Below are positions 58,100 to 60,016 of a stretch of DNA of 60,016 bases, in pieces (the first letter of the stretch is position 1; each line of letters begins with the position of its first letter). The stretch is from an uncultured Prevotella sp. GTDB taxonomy: Bacteria > Bacteroidota > Bacteroidia > Bacteroidales > Bacteroidaceae. The stretch lies in NCBI GenBank assembly GCA_902477645.1, contig CABSIA010000001.1, forward strand, positions 1 through 60,016. The letters are read 5' to 3'. Both the position numbers and the translations under genes were made by a program. The notes beneath the pieces were generated by a model. The model was not told where the DNA came from. It made no database searches and saw nothing but the letters and a program-made list of their open reading frames with translations.

Positions 58100-59794
58100 A
58101 TGAAAACAAAATATCTGGCAACGGCAGCTATTGTTGTAACAGCTTTAACACTATTACTTGCAAGCTGTGGAAATGGGGCTAACACCAATGACGAACTTGC
58201 AAGAATAGACAGTACGATGGAAATTAATCCTGAGGCAGCCTACGACTGTCTGTTGCATATTGACTCAACCGAAAAATACGGAAACGACAAAGAGGGCAGA
58301 ATGCGGCTTCGCCTATTAACGGCAAAGGCGCAGAACAAACTATACATAACCATGCCTACAGACAGCGTTTTCAGGGAAGTGGTAAACTATTATGACAGAT
58401 ACGGCAATGCAAACGACAGAATGCTGTCGCACTATCTGCTCGGGTGCATCTATAGAGATATGGATAAAGGGCCGAAGGCTATAGAATGCCTCATGAATGC
58501 AGCAGAGTCAGCAGACACTACAGACAAAGATTGCGACTATAAGACATTATCCAGAATTCATGGACAGATGGCAGAGCTGCTCAAATATGGATTTCAGCCA
58601 AAGGAAGCGCTGGACGAATTGCAGAATTTCATTCTGTATGCTGAAAAAGCTGGCGACTCCATAGGAGCGTGCTATGGTCATGAGTCAATGATTTACCAAT
58701 ACTATTCCCTGGGTGATACAATCTCGGCGATAAACAAAGTTGAGGAATGCCACAATCTGTTCAACAAAAGAGGCATGAAGAAAGATGCTGCCAGCGTTTA
58801 TCCCATATTGATATTTACATATTTGGAGCGGAAACAATTCGATAAGGCACGGCAATATATGGATATCTATGAAGGAGAGTCTGGACTTTTCGACTCTTCC
58901 GGCAATATCTGTGCAGGCCGGGAGCATTATTACAAAGCCCGTGGCATGTACAGCCTGGGGACAGGCAATATAGACTCAGCGGAATATTATTACCGTAAAC
59001 TTAAGGCATACAACTTTAATTATGAGTCTGCACAAGGATTATTAAGTGTCTATTCTATTAAAAACAACCAAGATTCGATATTAAAATACACCAAGCTGTG
59101 CGAGACGGAGATGGACAGCATACTGACAAGGAAAAATGCGTATGAGCTAATCCTGTCATCTTCGTCACACAACTATAACAAGATAAAAACAGCAACACAA
59201 AGGACAAAGCACATAACAACCAACATGCTGCTGATATTAACCGCCATTATTCTTGTCATGCTATTTGGCGGAAAGATTATTTTCCATAAACATACAAAAA
59301 ACACAAACAAAATAAGTAACTCGCTGGCTGCAATAAAGGAGGCTTATATTGCGGTATCAAACTCTCACAGACAAGCCATGCACGACGTTGACGAGCTAAA
59401 GAGCAAGCTTAACAAACTGAAGGCAAGCTCATCTATGGAATCGCTAAAGGAAAGCCACATCTACCAAGTATTGAAAGAAAACGCAAGATCTCATTCAACA
59501 GATATTCATATTGCGGAAAAAGAATGGAATTCCTTTGAACAACTTTTCTCACACCATTTCCCGCTTTTATATAATGTACTTGTTAAAAAGAAAAGCCTTA
59601 GTTGCCAGGAGTTAAAAGTCTGCATGCTGCTGTGGACAGGTTTTGATAATTGCGAGATTATTAAGCTGATTAACTGTACTGCACAAGCGGTAAGCAATGC
59701 GAAAGCAAACGCCAACGAAAAGATTTTTTCTGAGAGAAGTGCAAAAAGCCTCTTAAGCAATATGAATAAAGCATACGACGCTGCTTTAGGATAG
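58100..59794 (+). CDS. TPR sensor lipoprotein with TM segment and C-terminal HTH-like regulator domain
   Basis: LASC lipobox, KAQNKLY, HYLLGCIYRD, TM at ~aa 375-395, LSCQELKVCMLL..F...EI..LI...QAVSNAK. Confidence 0.75.
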   Translation: MKTKYLATAAIVVTALTLLLASCGNGANTNDELARIDSTMEINPEAAYDCLLHIDSTEKYGNDKEGRMRLRLLTAKAQNKLYITMPTDSVFREVVNYYDRYGNANDRMLSHYLLGCIYRDMDKGPKAIECLMNAAESADTTDKDCDYKTLSRIHGQMAELLKYGFQPKEALDELQNFILYAEKAGDSIGACYGHESMIYQYYSLGDTISAINKVEECHNLFNKRGMKKDAASVYPILIFTYLERKQFDKARQYMDIYEGESGLFDSSGNICAGREHYYKARGMYSLGTGNIDSAEYYYRKLKAYNFNYESAQGLLSVYSIKNNQDSILKYTKLCETEMDSILTRKNAYELILSSSSHNYNKIKTATQRTKHITTNMLLILTAIILVMLFGGKIIFHKHTKNTNKISNSLAAIKEAYIAVSNSHRQAMHDVDELKSKLNKLKASSSMESLKESHIYQVLKENARSHSTDIHIAEKEWNSFEQLFSHHFPLLYNVLVKKKSLSCQELKVCMLLWTGFDNCEIIKLINCTAQAVSNAKANANEKIFSERSAKSLLSNMNKAYDAALG

Positions 59795-59819
59795 GAATTT
59801 GTATAAACGCCACAAATTT

Positions 59820-60016
59820 GTAAGATGTTTTCCGATGGCCATCCTTATACTTGCGCTCATGCGGCCTTATACGCTGAAAAACGCTTATATATGCGTTGAC
59901 AAACAGATTATTAATCTATCGGCAAACAGATTATTAATCTGTTGCCCGTCAGATTAATAATCATAAGCGGTCGAAAGATGTTTTAGTCATCGTTTGTTCC
60001 TGTTCGCTATATAGTG
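59820..60016. repeat. Right (inverted) copy of the terminal repeat with three palindromic 23-bp-period units
   Basis: Reverse complement of the window start; CAGATTA(T/A)TAATC at 59904, 59927, 59950. Confidence 0.95.

Noticed and set aside
1..60016. Linear plasmid, phage or giant transposon with terminal inverted repeats
   Set aside because: Content is essential chromosomal genes (infB, gyrB, dcw) with no replication, terminal-protein or intact transposase gene; a contig break at a repeat is simpler.

Overview
Chromosomal segment of a Bacteroidota (Prevotella-like) bacterium, judged from the gene set and TAnnTTTG-type promoters. Most of it is core genome: comF-recX-prmC, rimP-nusA-infB, an S41 protease, tRNA-Asn, an OmpR-type two-component system with a PepSY/BLIP-like target, envC-DUF4292-TPR-dut, dgt-GAF, a two-acyltransferase (glycine-lipid-like) pair, the dcw cluster (mraZ disrupted, rsmH to ftsZ), recO, tRNA-Glu, rpsT, gyrB, a GH95 fucosidase, AraC and an ECF sigma factor. 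The standout is an accessory locus at ~48.5-57.7 kb that looks like an undescribed glyco-RiPP system. It has an RRE-radical SAM/SPASM enzyme, an outer-membrane beta-barrel, a double-glycine precursor with a Cys-bracketed Ser/Gly/Asn-rich core, a C39 peptidase ABC exporter, a miniature HlyD, a GT14 glycosyltransferase-methyltransferase fusion and a second GT-like protein. Directly upstream lies a decayed fragment resembling UDP-glucuronate decarboxylase (UDP-xylose synthase), which is not in the ORF track. Other signals outside the ORF track are a one-spacer orphan CRISPR-like array near the left end, inverted copies of one repeat at both window ends, an ISL3 remnant after tRNA-Asn, REP/REPIN-like palindromes and several operator-like repeat arrays. 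All family assignments come from motif recognition, not database searches.
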